A stretch of 64,000 nt of DNA. Origin: Octopus bimaculoides. Its lineage: Eukaryota. Positions 1-11,762 of this stretch are shown piece after piece. Position numbers and translations under genes: made by a program. The notes below the pieces were generated by a model that was not told the DNA's origin, ran no database searches, and was given only the letters and a program-made list of their open reading frames with translations. The DNA lies in the NCBI RefSeq assembly GCF_001194135.2, contig NC_069000.1, positions 22,383,362 to 22,447,361 on the forward strand. The letters run 5' to 3'. The first letter of the stretch is position 1. Every line of letters starts with the position of its first letter.

Positions 1-250
1 ATATTGTGTAATGAAAAATCGTAAGAGGCAAATGCCTTAATTTATGACTTTTTATGTACGAGGTTCATAGCCTCAATGTGAAAATTTAATTTTATAAAGA
101 ACAGTGTTATAGAGAAGCAAAGTTCGGCGGGCGGCTTTTGCCTTCTCTCATTACACCATCATATTTATCTTCCATTTCATCTCATTAATGTTTTTATCCA
201 GCCTGTAGCTACTCTTGTAGCCTGTAGCTAAGTTTTTTCTTCTCCATGTA

Positions 251-592
251 GGCGCAGGAGTGGCTGTGTGGTAAGTAGCTTGCTTACCAACCACATGGTC
301 CCGGGTTCAGTCCCACTGTGTGGCACCATGGGCAAGTGTCTTCTACTAAAGCCTTGGGCCAACCAGAGCCTTGTGAGTGAATTTGGTAGACAGAAACTGA
401 AAGAAACCTGTAATATATATATATGTTTGTGTGTCTGTGTTTGTTCCCCCACCATTGCTTGACAATTGAAGTTGGTTTGTTTACGTCCCAAAAGAGACTG
501 ACAGAATAAGTACTAGGAATAAGTCCTGGGGTACGATTTGTTCGACTAAAGGCAGTGCTCTAGCATAGCCGCAGTCAAATGACGGAAAAAAG
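251..592 (+). mobile_element. tRNA-derived SINE family A (CORE-like, octopod OR-type)
   Basis: Head GGCGCAGGAGTGGCTGTGTGGTAAG (A-box-like) and GGTTCAGTCCC (B-box-like), CORE-like CACCATGGGCAAGTGTCTTCTAC, internal (TA)/(TG) tract, 3' CAGTCAAATGAC tail; roughly 15 similar copies in the window. Confidence 0.85.
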
Positions 593-639
593 TTATATAT
601 ATATAGTTTGGTTTTGTCATGTGATGCAGATGGATGCCA

Positions 640-1070
640 AGAGCTCCATAAAGAAGTGCTGATCATTCAAAGTAGATGGAACACGTGGAACTGGGAGACC
701 CAGGAAGACATGGGATGCAGTACCGAAGGGCCTTAGGATGCTGAACCTTTCAGGTGAGATGACAAAGGACCGAGATGCCTGGTACCTTGCTATACTCAAG
801 AAGACCTGTACCCTGCAGTAGAAGTGTTAAGGCTGATCCCTCGGGTGGTGAAAAACACTTGTGGCAGCACCACATAGAAGTGCCCATGCAGTGCCATGTT
901 AAAAGCACCCAGCACACTCTCTGGAGTGGTTGGCATTAGGAAGGGCATCTAGCCATAGAAACCATGCGAAATCAGATTGGAGTCTGGTGCAGCTCCCCAG
1001 CTCTGATCAAACCATCCAAACCATGCCAGCATGTACAACGGACATTAAATAATGACGATGATGATGATAT
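640..1070 (+). mobile_element. RTE-clade LINE 3' end with 3' UTR and (TGA)n tail, decayed
   Basis: Translation resembles V.GT.G.GRPRKTWD..V..DL..L....EMTKDRD.W; followed by the GGCATTAGGAAGGGCATC motif and CCATGCCAGCATG...(GAT)n tail, as in the copy at 21533-21995. Confidence 0.7.
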
Positions 1071-1259
1071 ATATATATATATATATATGACTTCAGCCAT
1101 GTAAGAATAAACACACTTTTTTTCAGCCTATTCTTTCCTTCTCTCTGGACCTTTCTTCTTTCTGACAAAAAAACCATACTTGAAATGTCACTTTTTTTTT
1201 TCCCATCTTAAACTGAGTGTCAACCTAATATATTAACTGTACATGTCCTTTTGACATTT

Positions 1260-1455
1260 GTTGTTTTTAATTTTAGTTTGTCTAGGGCCAGTTGCCTCCC
1301 CTATCAGCATGTGTGCATACTTACTATGCTCCTCCTACAGCATTAAGAGTATTTTAACTCTTATTTCTAGCAATGTAGGTGCTCCAGCACCCTTAGTGGC
1401 GATTGAATTTTTCCATTATATCACATTGCACCTAGCTGTTTATATTAATTTATTT
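1260..1455 (+). mobile_element. Fragment of the same PLE-type repeat family as 47328-47870
   Basis: 1340-1381 matches 47810-47850 (GCATTA..CTCTTATTTCTAGCAATGTAGGTG) and 1435-1450 matches 47560-47575 (GCTGTTTATATTAATT); cut off by a (CA)/(TA) microsatellite. Confidence 0.55.
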
Positions 1456-1457
1456 AT

Positions 1458-1576
<119 letters not shown>

Positions 1577-2360
1577 GCATTTCCATTATCTTTTCTGCAA
1601 TTTAAATTGCATTGCCAAAGCAACAAATGATGACATTAGCTTTGGTTATTTAATAAACTAAAATCTTCAAATGTAGTTTTGTTGCTCCAGTAGATATGAA
1701 ACAAGAAATTCTTTTTATGATTTTACAAGCTGGCCATAGTTTCATTAGATTTCAACGTTTTTCAGATGCTTTCTTGATATTTTTAGGATTGTCAATGACT
1801 GGATTGCTCTTTGGAGTTTAATGACCCACAGATTGAGGTGAACATTTACAGACATAATCTGAAGATCAAAGAGTGCTCCAGAAACACTTTTGTAAGCTAC
1901 CATAGTTCATTACACTCTCAGTTTACAAATAAATAACCAAGTTGAGCTTTTAAGCCATTTTAGGTTGTGTATACTCAAAATTAATCATTTTATTTTTTGT
2001 TTGGAAACTTGCATGTACCTATTGGCTTTTCTAATTAGTTGATTTGCAAAATACAGTTTTCATTTTCATTACCAATTTGTACATTCATAACTCCTCCTAA
2101 GATGTTATGTTTTAGTATTTGTCAAGTGATAAAAACTCATGATAGAAGTCTACAACTTCATTTTCCTCACATGCATCAATAATGTTGAATGACTAAGCTT
2201 CTGGCACTTCAAGAGAGTCTAAGAACAATTCAAGAATGTGACTGAGAAAGAAGGAACATATTTCTGACAATTTACAGCTATTTCTTTTATCTCTGAAACA
2301 CTTCTTCAGTGTCTTGGAGTACTTTGCATCTATACTCTGAAAATAACCAAGCACTTAAAG

Positions 2361-2618
2361 CAGTGATTTTCAATTGGGTCCATATGGCTCTTGTGGGGGT
2401 CCACCTAAGATTTTGCTGTTAAAATGTTTATGTGCAATGAATTGGTTAAACTGCTACAATGTTCAAAATATTTTGACATTTTTTGTTATACAATTCTTAA
2501 TAATATCTAATTATAAAAATATAATGGAACGTTTTAAACATCAAATGTTTATTAGGGTCCACTAGAGTAAAACAAGAATCGAAGGGGCCCATAGCTAAAA
2601 AATGGTTGAGAACCAGTG
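2361..2618. mobile_element. hAT-type MITE
   Basis: Degenerate TIRs CAGTGATTTTCAAT / GTTGAGAACCAGTG (consensus CAGTGGTTCTCAAC); 8-bp flanks ACTTAAAG / ACTAACAG match 6 of 8; related copy at 11283-11762. Confidence 0.7.
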
Positions 2619-2966
2619 ACTAACAGTATTCTGTCATTCCTTGCAATGAATCTGGTGATCTTCGTTAGAGCTGACACCAAATAAAAAGCACGCAGTTCAC
2701 TGATAAATGTTTGGTGTTAAGAAGAAATCATGCCAAAGTAGACAGTGGGACTTGGCGTAGTCTTCTGATTAGTGAGCTCCTGTCAAACCGTCCAACCTAT
2801 GCCACATGGTTTGGTGGCTGGCGATTTGATACCAAAAGAAAGAACCATCTTGTTGCGCTGTATCACATCACAATTATAAACATCTACAAATTCACAAAAT
2901 AGTTTAACTGTATTGTCCTTTCAGCCGAGATACTGAAATGGTTACAAACTATACGCACAATGTTTA

Positions 2967-3383
2967 CAGGAGTGGCTGTGTGGTAAGTAGCTTGCTTACC
3001 AACCACATGATTCCGGGTTCATTCCCACTGCGTGGCACCTTGGGCAAGTGTCTTCTACTATAGCCTCGGGCCGACCAAAGCCTTGTAAGTGGATTTGGTA
3101 GACGGAAACTGAAAGAAGCCCGTCGTGTATATATATNNNNNNNNNNNNNNNNNNNNNNNNNNNNNNNNNNNNNNNNNNNNNNNNNNNNNNGTTTGTACCC
3201 CCAACATCGCTTGACAACCGATGCTGATGTGTTTACGTCGACGTAACTTAGCGGTTCGGCAAAAGAGACCGATAGAATAAGTACTAGGCTTCCAAAGAAT
3301 AAGTCCTGGGGTCGATTTGCTCGACTAAAAGGCGGTGCTCCAGCATGGCCGCAGTCAAATGACTGAAACAAGTAAAAGAGTAA
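2967..3383 (+). mobile_element. SINE family A, young near-consensus copy (N gap 3137-3190 inside)
   Basis: CpG-intact head and tail; tail GCAGTCAAATGACTGAAACAAGTAAAAGAG. Confidence 0.9.
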
Positions 3384-5009
3384 CATCAAATTTCACCTTC
3401 CCCGACGTAAATCCTGTTGCATTGCGCAGAAAGACAATTTCCGGGAATATCGTTATGTTTTGCCACGCTTATATTGTCGGTAGTGTATGGAGACACTATA
3501 TTCAAATCTAGATTTGATGTCTGTAGTTAGTAACTGATTTGTTATTTCCCTGGCAAATTAAATGTTAGAAAAGTCAGCTAACACGTGCTGCATTCCCTTC
3601 TCAAAAGTATTGACAAACGCTTTGTTTTAGGCATTGGTTACTACTGAAAAGCCCAAATCATGCTGTGTAATGTGTCTCTCAGACTTTTCTAGATTATTGT
3701 CACATGGGATTTTTACTTTAGTTTTCCTATCGATACGTCATTTTAAATTGCTTTATCAATTTTAACCCTACAACAAACATTTTTGTACGACTGATATGCT
3801 TCACATGGTGATGCACTTTACAGTTCTGCAGTCAAAATTGTACCATAATGAGTTGATAGAAACAGGAAAAAAAAATGATGGCAAATGATGACGTACCAGT
3901 AATACGAGTGTGTCGTTCAACTCCACTTTTTCCGCACACATAACCAGAGACAGTACAGAGACAAATCCACAAAAACGTGCAAGTTACCTTTTCTAAGTTT
4001 TAGCAATAGATACATTTTTTTTATCAATTCGTGATGAAACATAATCTGTTTTCGACATTTACTTAAAGGCTTAAAACAAGAATAAAAAAAACATAACCAC
4101 TCCTCAGTGTAATATCGGTCAGACTCCACACTCGTCGTACGTGATTGACTTGTACTCTGCAAACAAGTGGCGAGTTGCTTTGGTTTTTTGTTTTACGGAC
4201 ACATCATAAACATAGCATCACGTTACAATTTTTACTAAACTGTTATCATTATATAGAAACCTTAATACTAGCATTTTTAAAGGCTTCTTTTTTATAAACT
4301 CGAATAAAGTTTGTCGCTGTTATAAGCATACTTGACGGTAATAACTCATCTAAGGGCCAAAGAAAAACAAATTAGTCACCAGTTAAAGTTGTCAGTGGAT
4401 GGAGAAGGGCGCACAAAAACAACAGGACAGTCTGATCTCGAACCTAAGAACACTTTTTAAAAAGGTATCAATCTTAATGGGTAAAGAACATAAAAACAAC
4501 AAATCTGGGTTTCGATTCTATCGTGAGTCTCATATAATTTTTCGGTCGTGTTATGTCGCTAGGTTTATCTAGAATAGGATACATTAATTTTAAACAACAG
4601 TGTGTGTATGGTTATACAGTGGGATTCCGTAAAAAAAATTAATTAATAAGTGGGGGAAAGGTTCAGATTACATATAGTCCATCTCTACCTATGTATACAT
4701 ACATACATCAAGTTCGGTGTAACATTTACGGAGAAATATGTACATTTGAACTGAACGATCAAAGAATATTCATTGAAAAGGGAAAACATAGAAATCCCCA
4801 AAGACAAAAAAAAAAGTAAGGAGTATATTTAAAATTAATGAATAATTTTTGTAATCGGACAAATTACTTAACATGAGAGTTATTTCACTGAAACGAGAGG
4901 CGAAAACACGACTAAATAAAGGAGAACAACGGTGGTATTATGGAATTATTATTTCAGTGAACATAGCTGGTGAAATCTGTAAAGCAGTTCAGTTTAATAG
5001 CAGTTAAAA

Positions 5010-5310
5010 ACTTACCTAAAACAACCGTCAAAACAGTTAGGGTTGCATTCGTTTACACGTGGGAGTAATCCGGACATGCACAAACACTATCTACTTCCGC
5101 TTTCAAGAACATCATGCAGATAATGCCGGCTCGGCTACATGCGGTAACAAAATTAAGAGCTGTAATTCGAAATTATTTTTAATTGTAAGCATTTTAATTA
5201 CAATTTTGTTAAATGTTTAAATAACACTATCTTTGTGTTTATCATCCCCCACCATAAATCTAAATGTTAAAGCAGTAGTTCGCTAGAGCTTCACACCGGA
5301 AGTTTATACC
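5010..5310. promoter_or_regulatory. Candidate bidirectional promoter or first-exon region
   Basis: Non-repetitive, CpG-retaining island (about 3400-5400); ETS-type CCGGAAGT near 5297 and ACTTCCGC near 5093; E-box CACGTG near 5056; strong minus-strand donor AG|GTAAGT near 5016. Confidence 0.45.
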
Positions 5311-5592
5311 ATATGATTTCTATGCGATGTTTTCTTTCTGCACGTGAATATCTTCGTAAATTAAAAGTTTAAATTATTGACGAACAGAGTCTATGATGCT
5401 AGTAGAAGCTATTCTGCCTCAACTATGCTACTTTCAGACCTGAGAAAAAAATAAGGAAGCATGTAATCACACCATCTACAACTGTTATAAATGTATGTCC
5501 GATATTCAAAACAAACATTACATAACTGCGTTTTTCATTGTGCGGCTGTGACAGTCGATAAATAACTTGCTTTTTTAAACTCTAGGCACTGA

Positions 5593-5784
5593 ATTGTGGC
5601 TATGCTGGAGTACAGCTCTGAAGGGTTTTAGTCGAACAAATCGACTCCAGGATTTATTCTTTGTAAGCCTATTACTTATTCTATCGGTCTCTTTTGCCGA
5701 ACTACTAAGTCATGGGGACGTAAACACACCAACATCAGTTGTCAAGCGACAGTGGGGGGGGGGACAAACAAAGACACACATAAT

Positions 5785-5790
<6 letters not shown>
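5593..5790 (-). mobile_element. SINE family A, 3' half
   Basis: Reverse complement of the family A tail. Confidence 0.75.
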
Positions 5791-5822
<32 letters not shown>

Positions 5823-6384
5823 CAAGGTACTACTAAAGCAACGCGGACCCGAACGCGCAGTCGCGCGTCCGCGCTAGCTAGTCGTGAGTGGNNNNNNNNN
5901 NNNNNNNNNNNNNNNNNNNNNNNNNNNNNNNNNNNNNNNNNNNNNNNNNNNNNNNNNNNNNNNNNNNNNNNNNNNNNNNNNNNNNNNNNNNNNNNNNNNN
6001 NNNNNNNNNNNNNNNNNNNNNNNNNNNNNNNNNNNNNNNNNNNNNNNNNNNNNNNNNNNNNNNNNNNNNNNNNNNNNNNNNNNNNNNNNNNNNNNNNNNN
6101 NNNNNNNNNNNNNNNNNNNNNNNNNNNNNNNNNNNNNNNNNNNNNNNNNNNNNNNNNNNNNNNNNNNNNNNNNNNNNNNNNNNNNNNNNNNNNNNNNNNN
6201 NNNNNNNNNNNNNNNNNNNNNNNNNNNNNNNNNNNNNNNNNNNNNNNNNNNNNNNNNNNNNNNNNNNNNNNNNNNNNNNNNNTATATATATATATATCAT
6301 ACAAAACCACATTGAGAATATAAATCCAAAACCAGGTGGGGTGCTGGAAGAAAGAAAAAATACATCAATTCAAAACCAAGTGCC

Positions 6385-6870
6385 TCAAATAGTTGCACAC
6401 CACAAGGTCCAATGGAATCTATTGAAGCAAGCCAACACATTCGCGGCATTACCACGGGTGATGGCGAAGCTAAGGCGTTGGAACAGTCAAGCAGCCTCAC
6501 AGACATCACTTGGCACCTTGGTAAGGTGAGCCGCCAACGATAATAAGAACTTTGCCATTAGCGGCCCAGCTTCTTCAAACGCCACAGGCTGGAAGAAATA
6601 ATTCACTGACAGGTTCTGATACTTAAGGATTTTGTTCTGTTCAGCTACAGTAGCAGTGACCCTCCCATTTACCACACCCTCCAGGTTGTGGGAGGAAGCA
6701 AAGGAGACAGAAACTGTAGCATCCCAGATGAGGTATTTACCTCTTACCCAGGGACAAAGGGTAAGACCATCTGACCTCTTTCCATTACTTTTGGATAATC
6801 CTGATCGCCCCACAACTGAGGAGATATTAATCTGAGCCAGGGCCCACTTAGCTTGGTGTCAAGCAGTGGT
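6385..6870 (-). mobile_element. CRE-like non-LTR retrotransposon, C-terminal RLE domain (one in-frame stop)
   Basis: Translation KWALAQINISSVVGRSGLSKSNGKRSDGLTLCPWVRGKYLIWDATV...KYQNLSVNYFFQPVAFEEAGP...*LFQRLSFAITRGNAANVL matches the RLE pattern EPxGLSRSDGKRPDGxTLxPWxxGKxLxWDATV...LFQRISxAIQRGNA. Confidence 0.8.
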
Positions 6871-7917
6871 GTCAACCGGTTATCAAGCAGTGTATGGGAC
6901 AGACACTGAAACACTCACATATACATATATGATGAACTTTTAGCAGTTTACCAAATCCACTCACAAAACTTTTGTAGGAGCTATAGAGAAAGACACTTGC
7001 CCAACAACCACTCTGAGACTAAACCTGACGTCATGCAGTTGGGAAGTAAATGTCTTATCACATTTCCCACCTCCATCTTACTACATTCCCCCCTCTTACT
7101 ACATTCTACATTCCCCACCTCCATCTTCCACTTCCTTTTTGCAAACTCACAAAATTACTCGCCCTCTCCGATCCTTGGTCCACTTCACTGCATACACCCT
7201 CCCTATAATTTGGGTGTACACACCATCACATCTTCCCCATCTTATCTCCTCTTTCTCCCTCCCTCCCTCTCCCTCTCTCTCTCCACACTCTCTCTCTACT
7301 TCAGGTAAACTGGTTTCTCCTCTACTGCAAGATACCTAGTTCTGTCCCTCCATACTACTCCTCACCCTCACTTGAAGGAGTCTTGTCTTGCAGGTTACTG
7401 GGTGATTTCACTGCTGCTGGTGCCACATAAAAAGCACCGAATATACTCTGAAAAATGGTTGACGGCATGTAGAATAACATGTCAAAGCAGACAGTAGAAC
7501 TTGGTGCAGTCTTCTGCCAACTCCTGTTGAACCTTCCAACCCATGCCAGTATGGAAAATGTACACTAAATTATAATGACAATCATGTTGAAGATGATCAC
7601 ACACATGCATTTTTCAGCTATTAATTAGGAGTGAAATTAAGCAATTTGAATAAATGTTTCATTAATAAATTAAATCTGATAATCTTATTATTAACATCCT
7701 GCCTTTTGTTTTATTATTTAACATCTTTGACTCTTTGGTTTGTATCATGCAGAAATGCTTCAATCTGATAAAGCTTTTTGGCAGACCACATTACCTGTTT
7801 CATTATTTGGAGCCATCATAATTAATATATATGAGTGCATAAATATAAACAAACTAACATTTAGAAATAATACATTTCTAAATCTCTCAGAGAGATTTAT
7901 GCAGTAGTGATACGATG

Positions 7918-8212
7918 AAGTAGTTGTATGCTGTCAACTTAATGTGACAGTTCCCTGAAGGGAATAATACTACTATTGGTTAGACCTAGGAAGCTGGACC
8001 GCTTCCTGTCGGCCTTGACACATTTCCTGTGTTCTTATGTTTACAAGGAGAAGACAAACTAATTTGAGGTGCTTGTGTCCCCCTTGTAAACATAAAGACA
8101 CAGGAAATGTGTCAAGGCCGACAGGAAGCGGTGCAGCTTCCTAGGTCTAACCAACAGTAGTATTATTCCCTTCAGAGGACTGTCACATTAAGTTGACAGC
8201 ATACAACTACTT
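7918..8212. repeat. Long inverted repeat: 131-bp arms, 33-bp loop
   Basis: Arms 7918-8048 and 8082-8212 are reverse complements with 6 mismatches and no indels (aligned by hand). Confidence 0.95.
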
Positions 8213-8764
8213 TAAACTAACATTTGTTTTTATAAGCTTCAAAATATGTATTAAATGATACAAATTAGATGATATTTTTTCAAACACAGAATTGCCATTA
8301 GAACAGCCAAAATACTGAGTAAATTACCCTTACAAAGCAGATAAATTTGTCAGTTACCAACCATGAGTGCATATATATAATTTGCTGGATATGGTTGCCA
8401 AAGTCTTTCAACATTAAATGGTGTAACTGCAGGACATGTTTTGTGTAGCTTTGTTCCCTTGTTATCCAGAAATTGATCTAGCATTAAGGTAGATATTGCA
8501 GCTATATGTTCTGTTTGGAAAGATGATTGGATATTGCAGTGCAACATAGGAAGGATGCAGTACCTAGATCCTTTTGGTGGCACAGAATGGAATCATATGA
8601 CAATATCTTTTGGGTCTGATGGCTCATTATCTATACAAATGACAGCACATAAAAGCTGAATTTCAATTGGTTTAATGATCAGAATACCAAAAGCTTGAAA
8701 GACCAAATATTTAGAACATTGAATTATTTTGAAATATTTAAGGGGAAAATATGACAAACAGCTT

Positions 8765-9075
8765 TAAAAAACATTTTTATAATTTTAAAAAAGAGTTTAT
8801 TTAAGAAACATATAGCATGTTTACCTTTTGTTATCATACCATGTCAAAATAACTACTTTAGGAGAAAAGAAGAAAAACAATCTTAAAAAAGCATATATTT
8901 ACAGTTTTAAAATGGAGTTTGAAAAACATGTAACATATTTACTTCTTGTATTATGTTTCATCAGAATAACTATTTTAGGGGAAAAATAATAAGAAAAATA
9001 GTTTTAAAAACATTTATTTACAGTTTTAAAATGGTATTTGAGAAACGTAAGATATTTTTCTTTTTTATTATGCAA
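8765..9075. repeat. Degenerate ~120-bp tandem repeat, about 2.5 units
   Basis: Motifs TTTACAGTTTTAAAATGG and AATAACTA(C/T)TTTAGG recur at about 120-bp spacing. Confidence 0.6.
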
Positions 9076-9419
9076 AACAAAGTCAAGTGAGATATGGTGA
9101 GCGTACTTATTTACAAAAAATAAAAATAAAAAGGGTATTACAGGGATACAGTTATTGAAGATGTAAGGGAAAATCTAAATAGTTTATTTTTTAAATTCAT
9201 CTGTGTTTTTCTTTTTTAAAATTCTCTCATTGTTGAATATGTTCCTTCTCTCTTTTCAATACAAACATAAACATACCAAACAATTAAAAGGTTGAATTTG
9301 ATATATTGAAAGCAGGTTTTATACATTTACTTATCTTCCTTTGCCTTCACTGTAAATTGCTGCATGATTCCATTATATGAAATTCAGCTTTTAATCATTT
9401 AATGTCTTTTATCACTTAC

Positions 9420-9778
9420 TTGTTTCAGTCACTGAACCGCAGCCATACTGGGGCACCATAATGAAGGTTTCTAGTTGAGCAAATTGACCCCAGAACTTAT
9501 CTTTTGAAGCTTGATATTTACTCTATTGGACCCTTTGGTCAAACCACTAAGTTACAAAGTTCAAAGAAACCAACCCAACACAAGCACCCCCCCCCCTCAC
9601 ACACGTGTGTGTGCATTCATATATCAATGGCAGAATTCTTTCAGTTTTCATTTACAAAATCCACTGTTAAAGCTTTAGTTGGCCCAAAGCTATAGTAGGA
9701 GACACATGTGCAAGGTATCATGCTGTGGGACTGAACACCCAAAATAATGTTGGGAAGCAAACTTGTTACCACACAGTT
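9420..9778 (-). mobile_element. SINE family A, diverged copy
   Basis: Tail-to-head reverse complement ending TTACCACACAG. Confidence 0.75.
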
Positions 9779-9941
9779 ATATCTGTCTGTATTGAAAGGA
9801 AAGAAGGTAAATATTTAATAATGAGAGAGTTTAAAGAATGGAAGTATTCAGTAAATAAAACCATTTCACTCCTGTAAATACATTCATACATACATGCAAA
9901 CATATACATACATTTATATGTATGTACATATATGCGTGATT

Positions 9942-9973
<32 letters not shown>

Positions 9974-10204
9974 TGAGAGAGGTCTCTATACAGTTTCCAT
10001 ATCAATTTTACTCTGAAAGTTTATAGTAGATGTCATCGAATAGGGCCAGACCCAAGACTTTATGGTTATAGGATGAGTTTCTTATCACACAGCCGTACCT
10101 GTTCCTATAGAGAAAACGGCAGGATGGTTATATCTGGAGTGCCTTTGATCATTTGATCTGTTCAATAAATGTTGATTCGGGTGGGTCTAAACAGAAATAA
10201 CAAT

Positions 10205-10855
10205 CAACCACCATTACCATCACCATCACCATCACACTAGAATCACCATTGTCCTTCTCCACCTGCAGCTCAACCATCAACATCATTGACAACAGCATTA
10301 TCGCCACCACCACCACCACCATCATTCCACCTCGCCGTCACCACCACCACCACCACTACCACCACCAACACTATCACAACCACCACTACCACCAACCACC
10401 ATTCAACCTCACAATCACCACCACAACCACCACCACCAACAACACCACTACCACTGCCGCCGCTGCTGCTATTATCTGCCATCATCAATACTACTTACTC
10501 ACCCTGTATTCCCCATCCTGTCTTGAGGTAAACCATCTATTTCCAATCTACTGCTGCCTCTTTGGACCCCTCCCTGACCTCCACCCATCTCTAGGGATTA
10601 ATCTGTTTTTCAGCAACGCATGATTCCTTTAAAATGCCATCATTAGATATTTATCAAATTATGATAGGGGATCCAAGATTTTTCTCGTCGTCGTCATCAT
10701 CATCATCGTCATCACCATCAACATCCTCATCATCATCACCATCATCATCACCATCATCATTATCATCGTCATCATCATCATCACCATCTTCATCATCAAT
10801 ATCCTCCCCTCCTCCTCCTTCCACCTCCCTCATCACCACCACGTACCCATAGTCT
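10205..10855. repeat. (CAC)n/(CAT)n compound microsatellite fields
   Basis: Directly visible; they produce the poly-T/H/S/D ORFs. Confidence 0.9.
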
Positions 10856-11282
10856 ACCATTGTTATTCTTAGTGTTGTTTCAGTAGTAAGGGCTGTGAGC
10901 AGTCAGAATCACAAGTGTGCTGGGCAAAATGTTCAGCAGCAATTTGCCTGTCTACACATTCTGAGTTCAAATTCTACCAAGGTTGACTTTAGCTTTTAAT
11001 CGTTTCGAAGTTGATAAAACAAGTACCAGTTTGAAACCAATAATATTTCAGTAGAAGAAGATTTGTGAACTAGCAGAATCATCTGTGCAGTGGACAAAAT
11101 TCTTAGTGGCATTTCTTTTGGCAATATGTTCTGGGATAAAATTCCTCTAAAATCAACTTTGCCTCTTACTCTTTCGGGGTCGATAAAATAAGAACCACTT
11201 ACGCACTAATATCAGAGTAATCAAATATTCCCTTCCTCCAAAACCTCAGGACTCTGTGCCTGCAGTAGAATGGATTATTTAG

Positions 11283-11762
11283 CAGTGGTTCTGAACCAGG
11301 GTCTATATAAGATTTTATTGCTAAAGTTTATGTGCAATAAATTGGTTATACTAAGGCGGTGAGCTTGCAGAAACGTTAGCACGCTGGGAGAAATGCTTAG
11401 TGGTATTTCATCTGTCTTTACGTTCTGAGTTCAAAATCCACCGAGGTCGACTTTACCTTTCAACCTTTCAGGGTTGATAAATTAAATACCAGTTGCGTAT
11501 TAAGGTCGATCTAATCGACTGACCCGTTCCTCAGAGATTTCAGGCCATGTGCCCAGAGAAGAAAAGAATAAATTGGTTATACTTCAACAGAATATTTTAA
11601 CAATTTTTTTATGCAATATTATAAATATTTATGCAATTCCTAATAATTATAAAAATTCAGTAGGATTTTTTTTTTTATAAACATTGAATGGCTATGGGGG
11701 TCCAGTGGAGTAAAATAGGAATCAAAGGAGTCCGTAGGAAAAAGAATAGTTGAGAACCACTG
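11283..11762. mobile_element. hAT-type MITE interrupted by a SINE
   Basis: TIRs CAGTGGTTCTGAAC / GTTGAGAACCACTG; internal sequence similar to 2361-2618. Confidence 0.8.
11353..11566 (+). mobile_element. tRNA-derived SINE family B with a 17-bp target-site duplication
   Basis: GGCGGTGAGCTTGCAGAAACGTTAGCACG...TTCTGAGTTCAAA...GAGGTCGACTTT; TSD AATAAATTGGTTATACT at 11336-11352 and 11567-11583. Confidence 0.9.

Noticed and set aside
2255-2315. Hammerhead-like CTGAAGA...GAAATAGCTGTA on the minus strand
   Set aside because: Stem II does not pair and stem I is out of register; at best a decayed PLE remnant
7753-7835. Exon-like stretch (MLQSDKAFWQTTLPVSLFGAIIINIY on plus; an alternative CAG|GTAATG donor on minus)
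   Set aside because: Both strands give open frames, the plus-strand donor is weak, and there is no homology to decide between them
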